NCBI GenBank assembly: GCA_964554835.1
Contig: CAZKQD010000003.1
Coordinates: forward strand, 1-47,058
Source: an uncultured Planctomycetia bacterium
Lineage (GTDB): Bacteria; Omnitrophota; Gorgyraeia; JAGLLT01; CAZKQD01
Direction: 5' to 3'
Length of the DNA: 47,058 nt
The notes below the pieces were generated by a model. The model ran no database searches and was not told the origin of the DNA. It saw nothing but the letters and a program-made list of their open reading frames with translations. Shown piece after piece: positions 1 through 9,372 of the stretch (position 1 is the first letter of the stretch; every line of letters starts with the position of its first letter). Both the position numbers and the translations under genes were made by a program.

Positions 1-2
1 TT

Positions 3-398
3 TCAGCCTTAAGGCTTTTACGCGCTGCATTAGAAGAAAAATTTATTCAAGGAGAAAGGGAAGATTTAAAAGACGAGGATGTTATGCAGATTATAAAGAA
101 AGAAGCTAAAAAAATTAAGGATTCAATTGAGGCATTTAAAAAAGGAAAACGTGAGGATCTAGTAAAAAAAGAACAAATTGCTCTTGAGGTACTAAAGGAC
201 TATTTGCCGCCCGAAGCTTCGGATGAAGAAGTTAGAAAATATATAAAAGAGACAATTGATGAAATGAAACCAGAGGGCAAGAAAGATTTTGGTCGAGTTA
301 TGTCAGAAGTTATGGGCAAGTTAAAAGGAAGAGCTGATGGTAAATTGGTAAGTCAGTTAGTCGCCAAAGAATTATCTAAATTAGAGAAAGAGAACTGA
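3..398 (+). CDS. GatB/YqeY domain protein, 5' end cut by window edge
   Basis: Translation reads like the YqeY family (LKDYLPPEASDEEVRKYI, FGRVMSEVMGKLKGRADGKLVSQLVAKEL). The frame stays open upstream of the ATG at 84 back to base 3 (SALRLLRAALEEKFIQGEREDLKDEDV), so the gene starts before the window. Confidence 0.8.
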   Translation, partial: SALRLLRAALEEKFIQGEREDLKDEDVMQIIKKEAKKIKDSIEAFKKGKREDLVKKEQIALEVLKDYLPPEASDEEVRKYIKETIDEMKPEGKKDFGRVMSEVMGKLKGRADGKLVSQLVAKELSKLEKEN

Positions 399-404
399 GC
401 GGCG

Positions 405-1175
405 ATGAAGACATTAAAATTTTTAGGGACGGCTGGCGCCAGATTTGTTATGTTAAAGCAATTGCGTGCCTCTGGCGGTATGTGGCTTACTTGGGAGAAT
501 ACAAATATTTTAATTGATCCTGGTCCTGGGAGTCTGGTCAAAATTTTGCGCTCCCGTCCTAAACTTGATCCATCTAAATTAGATGCTATTATTTTAACTC
601 ACCGCCACCTTGATCACTCAGGAGATATAAATGTTATGATTGAGGCTATGACAGAAGGCGGCTTTAAAAAGAAAGGAGTTGTCTTTGCGCCGAAAGATTG
701 TTTAGAAGATGATCCGGTTATTTTAAAATACAACCGTGATTATGTTGACAAGATAGAAATATTAGAGGAAAATAAAACCTATAAAGTAAAAGATGTAACT
801 TTTAAGACAGCAAAAAAACATATTCATGGAGTTCAAACTTATGGTCTGAATTTTAAAGAAGGAAAAAGTATATTATTATCTCTATTAACTGATACAAGAT
901 ATTTTGAAGGTTTAGCTAAAGAATATCCGGGTAAGGTTCTGGTAATTAATGTTGTCAGGTTTGAAACGAAGGAAGGACTTGATCATTTAGATATAGGAGG
1001 CCTCAGGAGGATTCTTAGTAATGCAAAATGTAAGACTTGCATCTTAACTCATTTTGGCATGACTATGTTGAAGAATAGACCTCATGAGATTGCCCAGGGA
1101 CTTGGGCGTGAGTTTAATGACAGGGAAGTAATTGCTGCCTATGATGGTATGAGCTTTGATTTAGAAGAGAATTAA
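405..1175 (+). CDS. MBL-fold metallo-hydrolase
   Basis: HRHLDHSGD (HxHxDH) metallo-beta-lactamase motif; 256 aa; starts 7 nt after the upstream stop. Confidence 0.8.
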   Translation: MKTLKFLGTAGARFVMLKQLRASGGMWLTWENTNILIDPGPGSLVKILRSRPKLDPSKLDAIILTHRHLDHSGDINVMIEAMTEGGFKKKGVVFAPKDCLEDDPVILKYNRDYVDKIEILEENKTYKVKDVTFKTAKKHIHGVQTYGLNFKEGKSILLSLLTDTRYFEGLAKEYPGKVLVINVVRFETKEGLDHLDIGGLRRILSNAKCKTCILTHFGMTMLKNRPHEIAQGLGREFNDREVIAAYDGMSFDLEEN

Positions 1176-1192
1176 AAAAGGAAATTGAACTA

Positions 1193-1320
1193 CCCCTCGC
1201 TTAAACAAGCTAAAATTCTCCCCCGTGGAATTTTTCAATGAAAAATTCCCGGGACTAAGTCCTCGGAATTTCACAGTGTGAAATTCCAGAGGGTTTGATA
1301 ATTTTAGCTTAAGCTTCGGG
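1193..1320. repeat. Nested palindromic element: long closing stem around three internal hairpins
   Basis: The 5' arm CCCTCGCTTAAACAAGCTAAAATT (1193-1217) pairs with the 3' arm AATTTTAGCTTAAGCTTCGGG (1300-1320). Inside are GGAATTTTTCAATGAAAAATTCC (1227-1249), GGAC-TAA-GTCC, and GGAATTTCACAGTGTGAAATTCC (1265-1287). The arms recur at 40255-40320 around a 9-nt loop. Confidence 0.6.
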
Positions 1321-1334
1321 ATTAATTCGGGCTT

Positions 1335-1366
1335 ATCAGTTATGTTTACTTTGTTCCGTAACTGAT
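1335..1366. repeat. Leader hairpin, inverted-orientation member of the GAACGAA-loop hairpin family
   Basis: ATCAGTTATG / 12-nt loop TTTACTTTGTTC / CGTAACTGAT. The reverse complement has loop GAACAAAGTAAA, 11/12 identical to the loop at 32200-32211. It ends 22 nt before the ATG at 1389. Confidence 0.55.
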
Positions 1367-1388
1367 GCCCTCATTAAGGAGATTAACT

Positions 1389-2546
1389 ATGGAGTTTTCA
1401 AAAAGAGCTCAATTCATAAAGGCTTCACCAACACTTTCAGTTACGTCTAAAGCAAAGGCGCTAAAAGCTAAAGGCGAAAATATTATAAATTTTGCAGGGG
1501 GGGAGCCTGACTTTGATACACCAGAACATATAAAAGAAGCTGCCATCAAAGCTATAAAAGAAGGCTATACTAAGTATACTCCTTCATCAGGTGCGCCATT
1601 TTTAATTGATGCGATAATTGATAAATTTAAAACAGATAATAATCTTGAGTATAATAAGAATCAAATCGTTGTCTCATGCGGCGCTAAACATTCGCTGTTT
1701 AACCTTATGCAGGTTTTATGTGATGAAGGGGATGAGGTGATTATTCCTTCTCCATATTGGGTAAGTTATCCCGAGATAGTAAAATTTGCAGAAAGTACCC
1801 CGGTAGTTATAAAAACTGTTCAGACGAATAATTTTAAATTAAAAGCAGATATTTTAGAAAAATATATAACTCATAAGACAAAATTATTAATTCTAAACAG
1901 TCCTTCAAACCCAACAGGGACAGTTTATAATAGAAAGGAATTAGAAGAGATTGCCAGGGTAGCAGTTAATCGTAAAATTTATGTTATAAGTGATGAAATT
2001 TATGAGAAGATAATTTATGATGATAATGAGCATATATCCATTGCTTCTTTAGGCGAAGATATTTATAATTTGACTATTACAGTTAATGGTGTCTCAAAAG
2101 CTTATTCTATGACTGGCTGGAGAATTGGATATCTGGGCGCGAATGAGGAGATAGCCATTAAGGTGAAGAACTTACAGAGTCATTCTACTTCAAATCCAAC
2201 TTCAATCAGTCAAAAGGCTGCTTATTGCGCCTTGACATCAGATCAAAATACAGTTAGTGAAATGGTCAATGAATTTGATAGAAGACGCAAAGAAATAGTT
2301 AAAGGTCTAAATTCTATTAGGGGTTTCTCAACTAATGAACCCCAGGGGAGCTTTTATTGCTTCTGCAATATAAAAGAGACCGGTCTCACCTCTATGGAAT
2401 TAAGTAATAAATTATTAGATGAGGTAAGAGTTGCAGTTATCCCCGGCGTTGCCTTTGGAGATGACAATTTTATCAGAGTAAGCTTCGCATGTAGTTTTGA
2501 TGAAATAGAAGAAGGTATAAGCAGAATGAAAAAGTTATTCGGATGA
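1389..2546 (+). CDS. aspC: Class I PLP-dependent aminotransferase, aspartate aminotransferase-like
   Basis: SPSNPTG and NGVSKAYSMTGWRIGY (PLP-lysine context) motifs. Start moved from ORF-track 1365 to the ATG at 1389, because AAGGAG (1376-1381) sits 7 nt upstream. Confidence 0.85.
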   Translation: MEFSKRAQFIKASPTLSVTSKAKALKAKGENIINFAGGEPDFDTPEHIKEAAIKAIKEGYTKYTPSSGAPFLIDAIIDKFKTDNNLEYNKNQIVVSCGAKHSLFNLMQVLCDEGDEVIIPSPYWVSYPEIVKFAESTPVVIKTVQTNNFKLKADILEKYITHKTKLLILNSPSNPTGTVYNRKELEEIARVAVNRKIYVISDEIYEKIIYDDNEHISIASLGEDIYNLTITVNGVSKAYSMTGWRIGYLGANEEIAIKVKNLQSHSTSNPTSISQKAAYCALTSDQNTVSEMVNEFDRRRKEIVKGLNSIRGFSTNEPQGSFYCFCNIKETGLTSMELSNKLLDEVRVAVIPGVAFGDDNFIRVSFACSFDEIEEGISRMKKLFG

Positions 2547-2547
2547 A

Positions 2548-3804
2548 ATGGGAAAGACAATAGCTGAGAAGATACTATCAAATCATGCAAGTACTGATCT
2601 AAAAGCTGGAGATTTAGCTATATGTGAGGTTGATTTTTGCTTTGGTCAGGATGGAACAAGTGGTCTTATTATAGATTCTTTTAATAAATTGAAGAATAAA
2701 AGAATCGCTGATAAATCCCGCTTTGCGATGATAATTGACCATTCAGCGCCCAGCCCAAATGAAAAAATATCTGCTATTCATAATAAGATGCGAAAGTTTG
2801 CCAAATCAAAAGGTCTAAAGCTCTATGATGTTGGATGCGGAGTATGCCATGTGGTGATACCTGAAAACGGACATATATCTTGTGGGGATTTAATAGTAGC
2901 TGCTGATTCTCACACCTGTACATATGGGGCCTTAAACTCTTTTTCAACTGGTATGGGCTCTACTGATTTGAGTATAATTTTAGCGAGTGGTAAAACCTGG
3001 TTTAAGGTTCCTGAGACTATTAAAATTATGATAGATGGCGAACTTTCAAAGGGAGTTTACTCTAAAGATTTAATTTTACATATAATAGGTGATTTGGGAG
3101 CAAACGGCGCCACTTATAAATCAGTTGAATTTTGTGGTAAGACCATTGACAATCTAAGCATGGACGGGCGATTTACAATTTGTAATATGGCAGTTGAGAT
3201 GGGTGCCAAAGCAGGCATTATGGAGGCAGATAAAAAAACACTTAATTGGCTAATGAAATACTCAGACAGAATCCCAAAACCTGTATCGAGTGACGAGGAT
3301 ACTCGTTATTCCGAGATTAAAGTCTATGATGCTTCTAAGATTGAACCAACAGTTTCAAAACCTCACACTGTAGATAATACAGCAGTAGTAGAAGAAGTTG
3401 AAGGAACGCCCGTAAACCAGGGTTATCTGGGTACCTGCACTAATGGAAGATTAGAAGATTTAAGGATTGCAGCCAGTATATTAAAAGGCAAGAAAGTTCA
3501 TCCAGAGGTTAAGTTAATGGTTGCACCTGCATCAAGACTTATTTATCTTGAAGCACTTAAAGAAGGTATTATATCTATTTTGGCTGAAGCAGGAGCTGTT
3601 ATACTTCCACCAGGATGTGGCCCTTGCGTTGGAACTCATCAGGGGATACCAGCAGATGATGAAGTGGTTATATCAACCGCTAATAGAAATTTTAAAGGTC
3701 GCATGGGAAATCCCAATGCCTATATTTATTTAGCTTCCCCTGCAACTGTTGCATCAAGTGTAATCGAGGGCAAGATAACAGATCCAAGGAAGTTTATAAA
3801 ATGA
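2548..3804 (+). CDS. Aconitase-family hydratase large subunit (LeuC/HacA type, 418 aa)
   Basis: Fe-S cluster cysteine contexts [16 protein letters not shown] and GCGPCVG. The short archaeal-type length and 4-nt overlap with the small subunit fit this family. Confidence 0.85.
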   Translation: MGKTIAEKILSNHASTDLKAGDLAICEVDFCFGQDGTSGLIIDSFNKLKNKRIADKSRFAMIIDHSAPSPNEKISAIHNKMRKFAKSKGLKLYDVGCGVCHVVIPENGHISCGDLIVAADSHTCTYGALNSFSTGMGSTDLSIILASGKTWFKVPETIKIMIDGELSKGVYSKDLILHIIGDLGANGATYKSVEFCGKTIDNLSMDGRFTICNMAVEMGAKAGIMEADKKTLNWLMKYSDRIPKPVSSDEDTRYSEIKVYDASKIEPTVSKPHTVDNTAVVEEVEGTPVNQGYLGTCTNGRLEDLRIAASILKGKKVHPEVKLMVAPASRLIYLEALKEGIISILAEAGAVILPPGCGPCVGTHQGIPADDEVVISTANRNFKGRMGNPNAYIYLASPATVASSVIEGKITDPRKFIK

Positions 3805-4337
3805 AACTGCAAAGTAAAGTTATAAGATTAAAACAGGATGATGATGTAAATACTGACTATATAATATCTGGAAGATATAAATTCCAGATTGAAGATCCGG
3901 ATGAATTGGCAGAACATATCTTTGAAGACTTAGAGCCTAACTTCATTAAGCGGCTCGGCAATAGGTCCATTATTGTAGCCGGTCGTAATTTTGGCTGCGG
4001 TTCATCTCGTGAGCAGGCGCCTTTAGCTCTAAAGCACGCTGGCATAAAAGCAATAATTGCTGAAAATTTTGCCAGAATTTTTTATAGAAATGCGTTTAAT
4101 CTGGGCATTCTCTTAGTTGAAACCGAGACTGAAAGAATAAAAAATAAGGATTTAATAGAGTTAGATTTAGATAAAGGGATTTTAGAAAATAAAACCCAAG
4201 GTTTTAAAAATGATATAAAGCCCTTGCCGGATTTTATGAAGGAAGTTTTAAAGGAAGGCTCAATCATAAATTATTTAAATAAATCCCGCACCTTTCTACT
4301 ACGGAGAGATAGTTCGCAGCAAAAAGGTGTGGGATAA
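3801..4337 (+). CDS. Aconitase-family hydratase small subunit (LeuD/HacB type)
   Basis: [10 protein letters not shown] swivel-domain motif. ATGA overlap with the large subunit. The substrate loop reads SGRYKFQ. Confidence 0.85.
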   Translation: MKLQSKVIRLKQDDDVNTDYIISGRYKFQIEDPDELAEHIFEDLEPNFIKRLGNRSIIVAGRNFGCGSSREQAPLALKHAGIKAIIAENFARIFYRNAFNLGILLVETETERIKNKDLIELDLDKGILENKTQGFKNDIKPLPDFMKEVLKEGSIINYLNKSRTFLLRRDSSQQKGVG

Positions 4338-4360
4338 ATATGGAGGTTTTAAATTAAAGA

Positions 4361-5437
4361 ATGCATAAAATTACTTTAATCCCAGGAGACGGTATTGGCC
4401 CAGAGGTAACGGATGCTGCTAAAAGATGTATAGAAGCAACTGGTTTAGATGTAGAGTGGGATGTGATCAACGCAGGGACTTCAGTTTTAGAAAAAGAAGG
4501 TACGCCTTTACCTGATAGTGTAATTGATTCAATTAGGAAGAATAAAATTGCTTTAAAAGGTCCTATAATTACTCCTGTAGGAGAGGGATTCCGCTCTGTA
4601 AATGTCGCTCTACGGAAAAAGTTAGACCTTTATGTCTGTTTAAGGCCATATAAGAGTTATCAGGGTTCACAGGCTCCTTATAATAATGTGGATATTGTGA
4701 TAGTAAGAGAGAATACAGAAGATTTATATGCGGGTATAGAATTTGAAGAGGGCAAAAAAGAAACTAAAGATTTAATTTCTTCTATTGATAAACTAACAGG
4801 TCAAAAGATTAAAGAAGACTCAGGAATAAGCATAAAACCTATTTCAATAGGAGCCTCAAGGAAAATAGTGAAATTTGCCTTTGAGTATGCCTTAAAAAAT
4901 AATAGAAGAAAAATAACTGCTGTCCATAAAGCTAATATTATGAAATTTTCTGATGGTTTATTTTTAAAAGTTGCCCAAGAAGTTGCCAAAGAATATGAAG
5001 GAAGGATAGAGTTTAAAGATAATATCGTAGATAATATGTGTATGCAGTTAGTCTTACGACCATATAATTTTGATGTTTTAGTTTTACCAAACCTCTATGG
5101 AGATATTCTCTCTGATTTATGCGCTGGTTTGGTGGGCGGATTAGGTTTATCGCCCGGGGCAAATATTGGAGATGAATATGCTGTCTTTGAAGCTACTCAT
5201 GGCGCAGCTCCAAAGTACACGGGCAAAAATAAAGTAAATCCAACAGCTATGATTTTATCCGGCGCGCTGATGCTTAAGTATTTGGGTGAAAATGAAAAGG
5301 CAGAGATATTAGAAAAAGCTGTTGCTGAAGTGATAAAAGAAGGCAATTCTGTTACCTATGATTTAAAAAAAGACAGAAATGATCCCACCACTGTAGGTAC
5401 AAGTCAGATGGCAGATGCAATAATTGAGAAGCTATAG
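4361..5437 (+). CDS. NAD-type isocitrate/homoisocitrate/isopropylmalate dehydrogenase family protein
   Basis: IPGDGIGPEV, SVNVALRKKLDLYVCLRP, IVRENTEDLYAG, HKANIMKFSDGLFL and LPNLYGDILSD motifs. Closest by eye to NAD-IDH-like sequences. Confidence 0.85.
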   Translation: MHKITLIPGDGIGPEVTDAAKRCIEATGLDVEWDVINAGTSVLEKEGTPLPDSVIDSIRKNKIALKGPIITPVGEGFRSVNVALRKKLDLYVCLRPYKSYQGSQAPYNNVDIVIVRENTEDLYAGIEFEEGKKETKDLISSIDKLTGQKIKEDSGISIKPISIGASRKIVKFAFEYALKNNRRKITAVHKANIMKFSDGLFLKVAQEVAKEYEGRIEFKDNIVDNMCMQLVLRPYNFDVLVLPNLYGDILSDLCAGLVGGLGLSPGANIGDEYAVFEATHGAAPKYTGKNKVNPTAMILSGALMLKYLGENEKAEILEKAVAEVIKEGNSVTYDLKKDRNDPTTVGTSQMADAIIEKL

Positions 5438-5489
5438 AGCTATCAGCTGTCAGCTTTCAGCTTAGAATCCCTTGCTGATGGCTGATAGC
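5438..5489 (+). terminator. Heptad-repeat hairpin starting directly after the stop codon
   Basis: agctatc agctgtc agctttc agcttag (7-nt period), then GCTGATGGCTGATAGC. GCTATCAGCTGTCAGC pairs with GCTGATGGCTGATAGC using two G:U pairs. There is no clear U tract. Confidence 0.45.
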
Positions 5490-5511
5490 CGAAAACTGTG
5501 GGCTAATAATT

Positions 5512-6435
5512 ATGAAAATTAGTATAATCGGTGCAGGCAATGTAGGTTCAACTCTAGCTTTTAAAATTTTAGAAGAAGAGTTAGCTGATGTTGTATTAGT
5601 TGATGTAAAAGAGGATTTAGCCAGGGCTAAAGCTTTAGATTTACAGGACGCTATAGCGGTATTAGGAAAGAAAACAACAGTTTCTGCATCAGGTGATTAT
5701 GAAAACATAAAAGACTCTAAGGTAATTGTTATAACGGCGGGATTACCAAGAAAACCAGGCATGGATAGAGAGGATTTACTTTTTAAAAATGCTCAAATAA
5801 TTAAAGAAGTAGTTACAAACATAAAAGAAAAGGCCCCCGATTCTATTATATTAGTAGTAACGAATCCCCTTGATGTTATGACATATTTAGCTTATAAAAT
5901 AAGCGGTTTTGATAAAAGAAAAGTTTTTGGTATGGCTGGAGTTTTGGATTCAACCCGTTTATCTGTGATACTATCTAAATTGTTAAATAAAAATACTTCA
6001 TCTATAGAAGCTTTAATTTTGGGCACTCATGGTGATTCAATGGTTCCTGTAAAAAGTAAAATTGTAGTTGAGGGAGAATCTCTAAATAACTTTTTAGATG
6101 ATGAGAAGATAGATGAAGCCTTAGATAAAGTTAAGAAACAGGGAACAAAGATAGTTTCATTATTAAAAGGAGGGAGCGCCTATTACGCCCCGGCATTAAG
6201 TATATATAAGATGCTTGATGTAATCTTAAATAATAAAGAAGAGATACTTCCCGCATCTGTTTATTTAAAAGGTGAATATGATTTAGTGGATGTCTGTTTG
6301 GGAGTGCCGGTTAAGCTGGGGAAAGACGGCATTAAGGAAATTATAGAAATAGATTTAACCAATGAGGAACAATCAGCTCTTAATAAAGCCGCAAATATCA
6401 TAAAGTCAAACATCTCTAAAATTACAAACCGCTGA
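5512..6435 (+). CDS. mdh: Malate dehydrogenase (LDH-like family)
   Basis: IIGAGNVGS Rossmann motif. GLPRKPGMDREDL carries the Arg typical of MDH where LDH has Gln. GTHGDSMVP is the catalytic His context. Confidence 0.9.
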   Translation: MKISIIGAGNVGSTLAFKILEEELADVVLVDVKEDLARAKALDLQDAIAVLGKKTTVSASGDYENIKDSKVIVITAGLPRKPGMDREDLLFKNAQIIKEVVTNIKEKAPDSIILVVTNPLDVMTYLAYKISGFDKRKVFGMAGVLDSTRLSVILSKLLNKNTSSIEALILGTHGDSMVPVKSKIVVEGESLNNFLDDEKIDEALDKVKKQGTKIVSLLKGGSAYYAPALSIYKMLDVILNNKEEILPASVYLKGEYDLVDVCLGVPVKLGKDGIKEIIEIDLTNEEQSALNKAANIIKSNISKITNR

Positions 6436-6441
6436 TTAAAT

Positions 6442-7371
6442 ATGCATAATAAATCTTGCCTTAAATTTTTATTGATTATCTTAAGCCATCTATTGATAGC
6501 GGTCTGTTTATTATCCTGTTCTAATGATAAAGTTATTAGTGATAAACGACTGCTTATGGGCACAACTGTTGAGATAACGGCAGTAGGTAAAGATAAAAAG
6601 CATCTAAGAAATGCCATAAATAGAGCTTTCTACGAAATTAAAAAGATTGATATATCAATGAATTATTATGATAAAGATAGCCAGTTGAGTAAACTCAATA
6701 ATGAAGCAAAAAATAAACCCTATAAAGTTGATAAAGACCTCTATTATATAGTTGATAAATGCGTAAAATTTGGTAAAATAACAGATGGTGCTTTTGATAT
6801 AACTGCAACTTCTTTAGATGAACCAAACGGCTATAAAGATATTATATTAAATCGCGATGATAGAACTATTTATTTTAGGAATCCGAACCTAAAAATTGAT
6901 TTATCTGCAGCGGCGAAAGGATATGCAGTTGATAAAGCAATATACAGTCTTAAAAAATCAGATATAAAAAATGCCTTGGTTAATGCAGGCGGAGACATCA
7001 GAACATTAGGTAAATATAAAGATAAAAGATGGTCTATTGGTATTCGCGATCCCGAAGCAACCAATAAGATTATATTGACCATTAAATTGGCTGATAAAGC
7101 AGTAGCAACATCGGGCAATTATCTACGCCAACATATAATAGATACGAAAAAGAATGATAGAGATAAAGATAACATTAAGGTTTTCTCGTCAACTGTTATA
7201 GCTGATAATTGTATAACCGCTGATATTTTAGCTACGTCAATGTTTATTATGGACAAAGAAGGAATTAGCCTGATTGATAAAATGAATGCAGTTGAAGGTT
7301 TGCTTATAGTAGCCAAGGATAAAAAGATGAATTTTATTGAAAGTGCTAATTTCAATATATATTATAAATAG
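6442..7371 (+). CDS. apbE: FAD:protein FMN transferase (ApbE family) lipoprotein
   Basis: AKGYAVDKA and NAGGDI motifs. N-terminal signal with LLSCS lipobox-like cysteine. Confidence 0.85.
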   Translation: MHNKSCLKFLLIILSHLLIAVCLLSCSNDKVISDKRLLMGTTVEITAVGKDKKHLRNAINRAFYEIKKIDISMNYYDKDSQLSKLNNEAKNKPYKVDKDLYYIVDKCVKFGKITDGAFDITATSLDEPNGYKDIILNRDDRTIYFRNPNLKIDLSAAAKGYAVDKAIYSLKKSDIKNALVNAGGDIRTLGKYKDKRWSIGIRDPEATNKIILTIKLADKAVATSGNYLRQHIIDTKKNDRDKDNIKVFSSTVIADNCITADILATSMFIMDKEGISLIDKMNAVEGLLIVAKDKKMNFIESANFNIYYK

Positions 7372-7403
7372 ATAAATCACGCACTCATTAAGGGAGGTTG
7401 ATA

Positions 7404-8366
7404 ATGTTTAAGCTGTTTCTAATTAATCTTTTTGTTGCTGTGCAACTTCTTGTGTATCCTGCTTTAGGATATTCAGGGCTAGTGAATGAAATTGCAGTTG
7501 TAGTTAATGATAAAGTTATAACCCAAAGTGAGGTAAATAAGATTTTGATGCCTATCTATACTCAATACAAATCTGCTTATAGCGGTGAAGAGCTACTTCA
7601 GAAACTCCAAGAAGCCCGGAAGAATGTTCTAAATCAAATGATAGAAGATAAACTTATGCTTCAAGAAGCAAAAAAGCAGGGCATTGAAGTTAGCGATGAA
7701 GAATTAGAGGAAAAACTTAATCAAGTTAAATCTCAGTTTTCAAATGATGAAGAATTCAGGCAAATTTTGAAATCTGAAAATTTGACTATGCTGGATTTAA
7801 AAGAAAAATATAAAGAACAGATTATGATAAAAAAGCTTATTAATAGAGAGGTTCGCTCAGAAATAGATATTACTCCAACTGGAGTGTTTAGATATTATCA
7901 GGAGCATGAGGAAGACTTTAGGATTCCAGCTAAAATTAAGGTCCAGACAATTTTAATACGCAAAACCAATGAGACTCAATCGCAATCTGTAAATCTCAAA
8001 GAGAGGATTGAAAAAATCTATAAAGAATTAAAAGAAGGAACTGAATTTTCCAAACTTGCCAAAGAATATTCTGAGGATCCATCAGCTGAAGATGGAGGGA
8101 ATATGGGCTATATCAAGAAGGGCGAGATGATGGCAAAAATAGACAAGGCATTATTTTTACTAAAGGTGGGTGAAATATCAGATATAATTGAGACGAAGAT
8201 AGGATATCATATTTTTAAAGTTAACGATAAAAAAGAATCTATTATAAAGCCTTTTAAAGAGGCAAGGACAGAGATTGAGAATCTGCTGTTTCAGAAGAAA
8301 GCTAAAGCTAGATTTAAAGAATGGATGGAAGGTCTAAAGGAAAATGCCTATATCTCAATCAAATAA
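7404..8366 (+). CDS. surA: SurA/PrsA-like periplasmic chaperone with parvulin (PpiC) PPIase domain
   Basis: Signal peptide, SurA-like helical N-terminal region, and parvulin block GGNMGYIKKGEMMAKIDKALFLLKVGEISDIIETKIGYHIFKV. Start placed at the ATG at 7404, 6 nt after AGGGAGG (7391-7397). Confidence 0.8.
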   Translation: MFKLFLINLFVAVQLLVYPALGYSGLVNEIAVVVNDKVITQSEVNKILMPIYTQYKSAYSGEELLQKLQEARKNVLNQMIEDKLMLQEAKKQGIEVSDEELEEKLNQVKSQFSNDEEFRQILKSENLTMLDLKEKYKEQIMIKKLINREVRSEIDITPTGVFRYYQEHEEDFRIPAKIKVQTILIRKTNETQSQSVNLKERIEKIYKELKEGTEFSKLAKEYSEDPSAEDGGNMGYIKKGEMMAKIDKALFLLKVGEISDIIETKIGYHIFKVNDKKESIIKPFKEARTEIENLLFQKKAKARFKEWMEGLKENAYISIK

Positions 8367-9369
8367 GATAAATATTGGTATAACAGCTGGTGATGCTGCA
8401 GGCGTTGGTCCCGAGATATTATTAAAGGCACTTGCTAAAATTAAAGAAAAGAATGTTTCTTTTTTAATTATTGGAGATTACTCTGTTTTAAAAAAAATTA
8501 AGGATAGATTAAGCCGCAAAAGAATCAAAATTCCTCATGTTAATATCATAAGAAATATCGAGAATTTAACTTTACTGGATTCAAAAATAAATCTTCTAGA
8601 TTTAAGTATTATCGGCAGAAGAAAATACAAGATGGGAAAACCACAGAAGATATGTGGTTATTCTTCAGTAGAATATATAAAGAAGGCAGTTAATTTAGCA
8701 GGCGCAGGTTTAATAGATGCTTTAGTCACGGCCCCTATAAACAAAGAGGCTCTTCGTCTTGCAGGTTATAGGTGGCCAGGGCATACTGAGTTATTAGCTC
8801 ATCTTACAAAGACAGATGAGTTCGCTATGATGTTTGTAGCAGAACATCTAAAAGTTATTTTAGCAACAACTCATATCCCAATTGAAAATATAAGCGCCAA
8901 ACTAAATAGTAAAGATATTTTTAAAAAAATTAGATTGACTCAAGAGTCTCTTAAAAAATATTTTCATATAAATAGACCTTTAATTGGCATCGCCGGACTT
9001 AACCCCCATGCCTCAGACGGCGGAACCTTTGGAGACGAAGAAGAAAAAATAATTCTTCCTGCCGTGAGAAAGGCCAAGAGGGATAAGATTAATATAGTTG
9101 GCCCCGAATCTGCAGAATCTCTTTTTTATAAAATGCATCATAAGAAAATCGATGCTGTAATTTGTATGTATCATGACCAAGGCCTCATACCTCTTAAGAT
9201 GATTCTAAGAGATAAAGCTGTTAACCTTACCCTTGGCCTTCCATTTATCCGCACTTCATGCTCTAGCGGCACTGCTTATGATATATCAGATAAATTAATA
9301 GCTTCACCCTTATCAATGATTGAAGCAATTAAACTAGCCGTCCATTTAACAAGAGTGAAAACAGGATAG
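8344..9369 (+). CDS. pdxA: 4-hydroxythreonine-4-phosphate dehydrogenase
   Basis: WPGHTELLA, GLNPHASDGG and MYHDQGLIPLK motifs. surA-pdxA-rsmA gene order matches that of E. coli. Confidence 0.9.
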   Translation: MPISQSNKINIGITAGDAAGVGPEILLKALAKIKEKNVSFLIIGDYSVLKKIKDRLSRKRIKIPHVNIIRNIENLTLLDSKINLLDLSIIGRRKYKMGKPQKICGYSSVEYIKKAVNLAGAGLIDALVTAPINKEALRLAGYRWPGHTELLAHLTKTDEFAMMFVAEHLKVILATTHIPIENISAKLNSKDIFKKIRLTQESLKKYFHINRPLIGIAGLNPHASDGGTFGDEEEKIILPAVRKAKRDKINIVGPESAESLFYKMHHKKIDAVICMYHDQGLIPLKMILRDKAVNLTLGLPFIRTSCSSGTAYDISDKLIASPLSMIEAIKLAVHLTRVKTG

Positions 9370-9372
9370 AAG

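Noticed and set aside
1365-1388. ORF-track upstream starts for aspC (1365), surA-like (7398), DUF47 (19781), TPR/N0 (32304), MA-peptidase-like (36024) and prmC (43664)
   Set aside because: In each case a downstream ATG has a better-placed GGAG-type SD or gives the family-typical length. The upstream extensions overlap hairpins or the preceding gene.
3521-3733. Same-strand overlapping ORF (70 aa) inside the hydratase large-subunit gene; likewise 33394-33606 across the TPR/secretin junction
   Set aside because: These are alternative frames of strongly supported genes, with no motif or start signal. Treated as chance ORFs.
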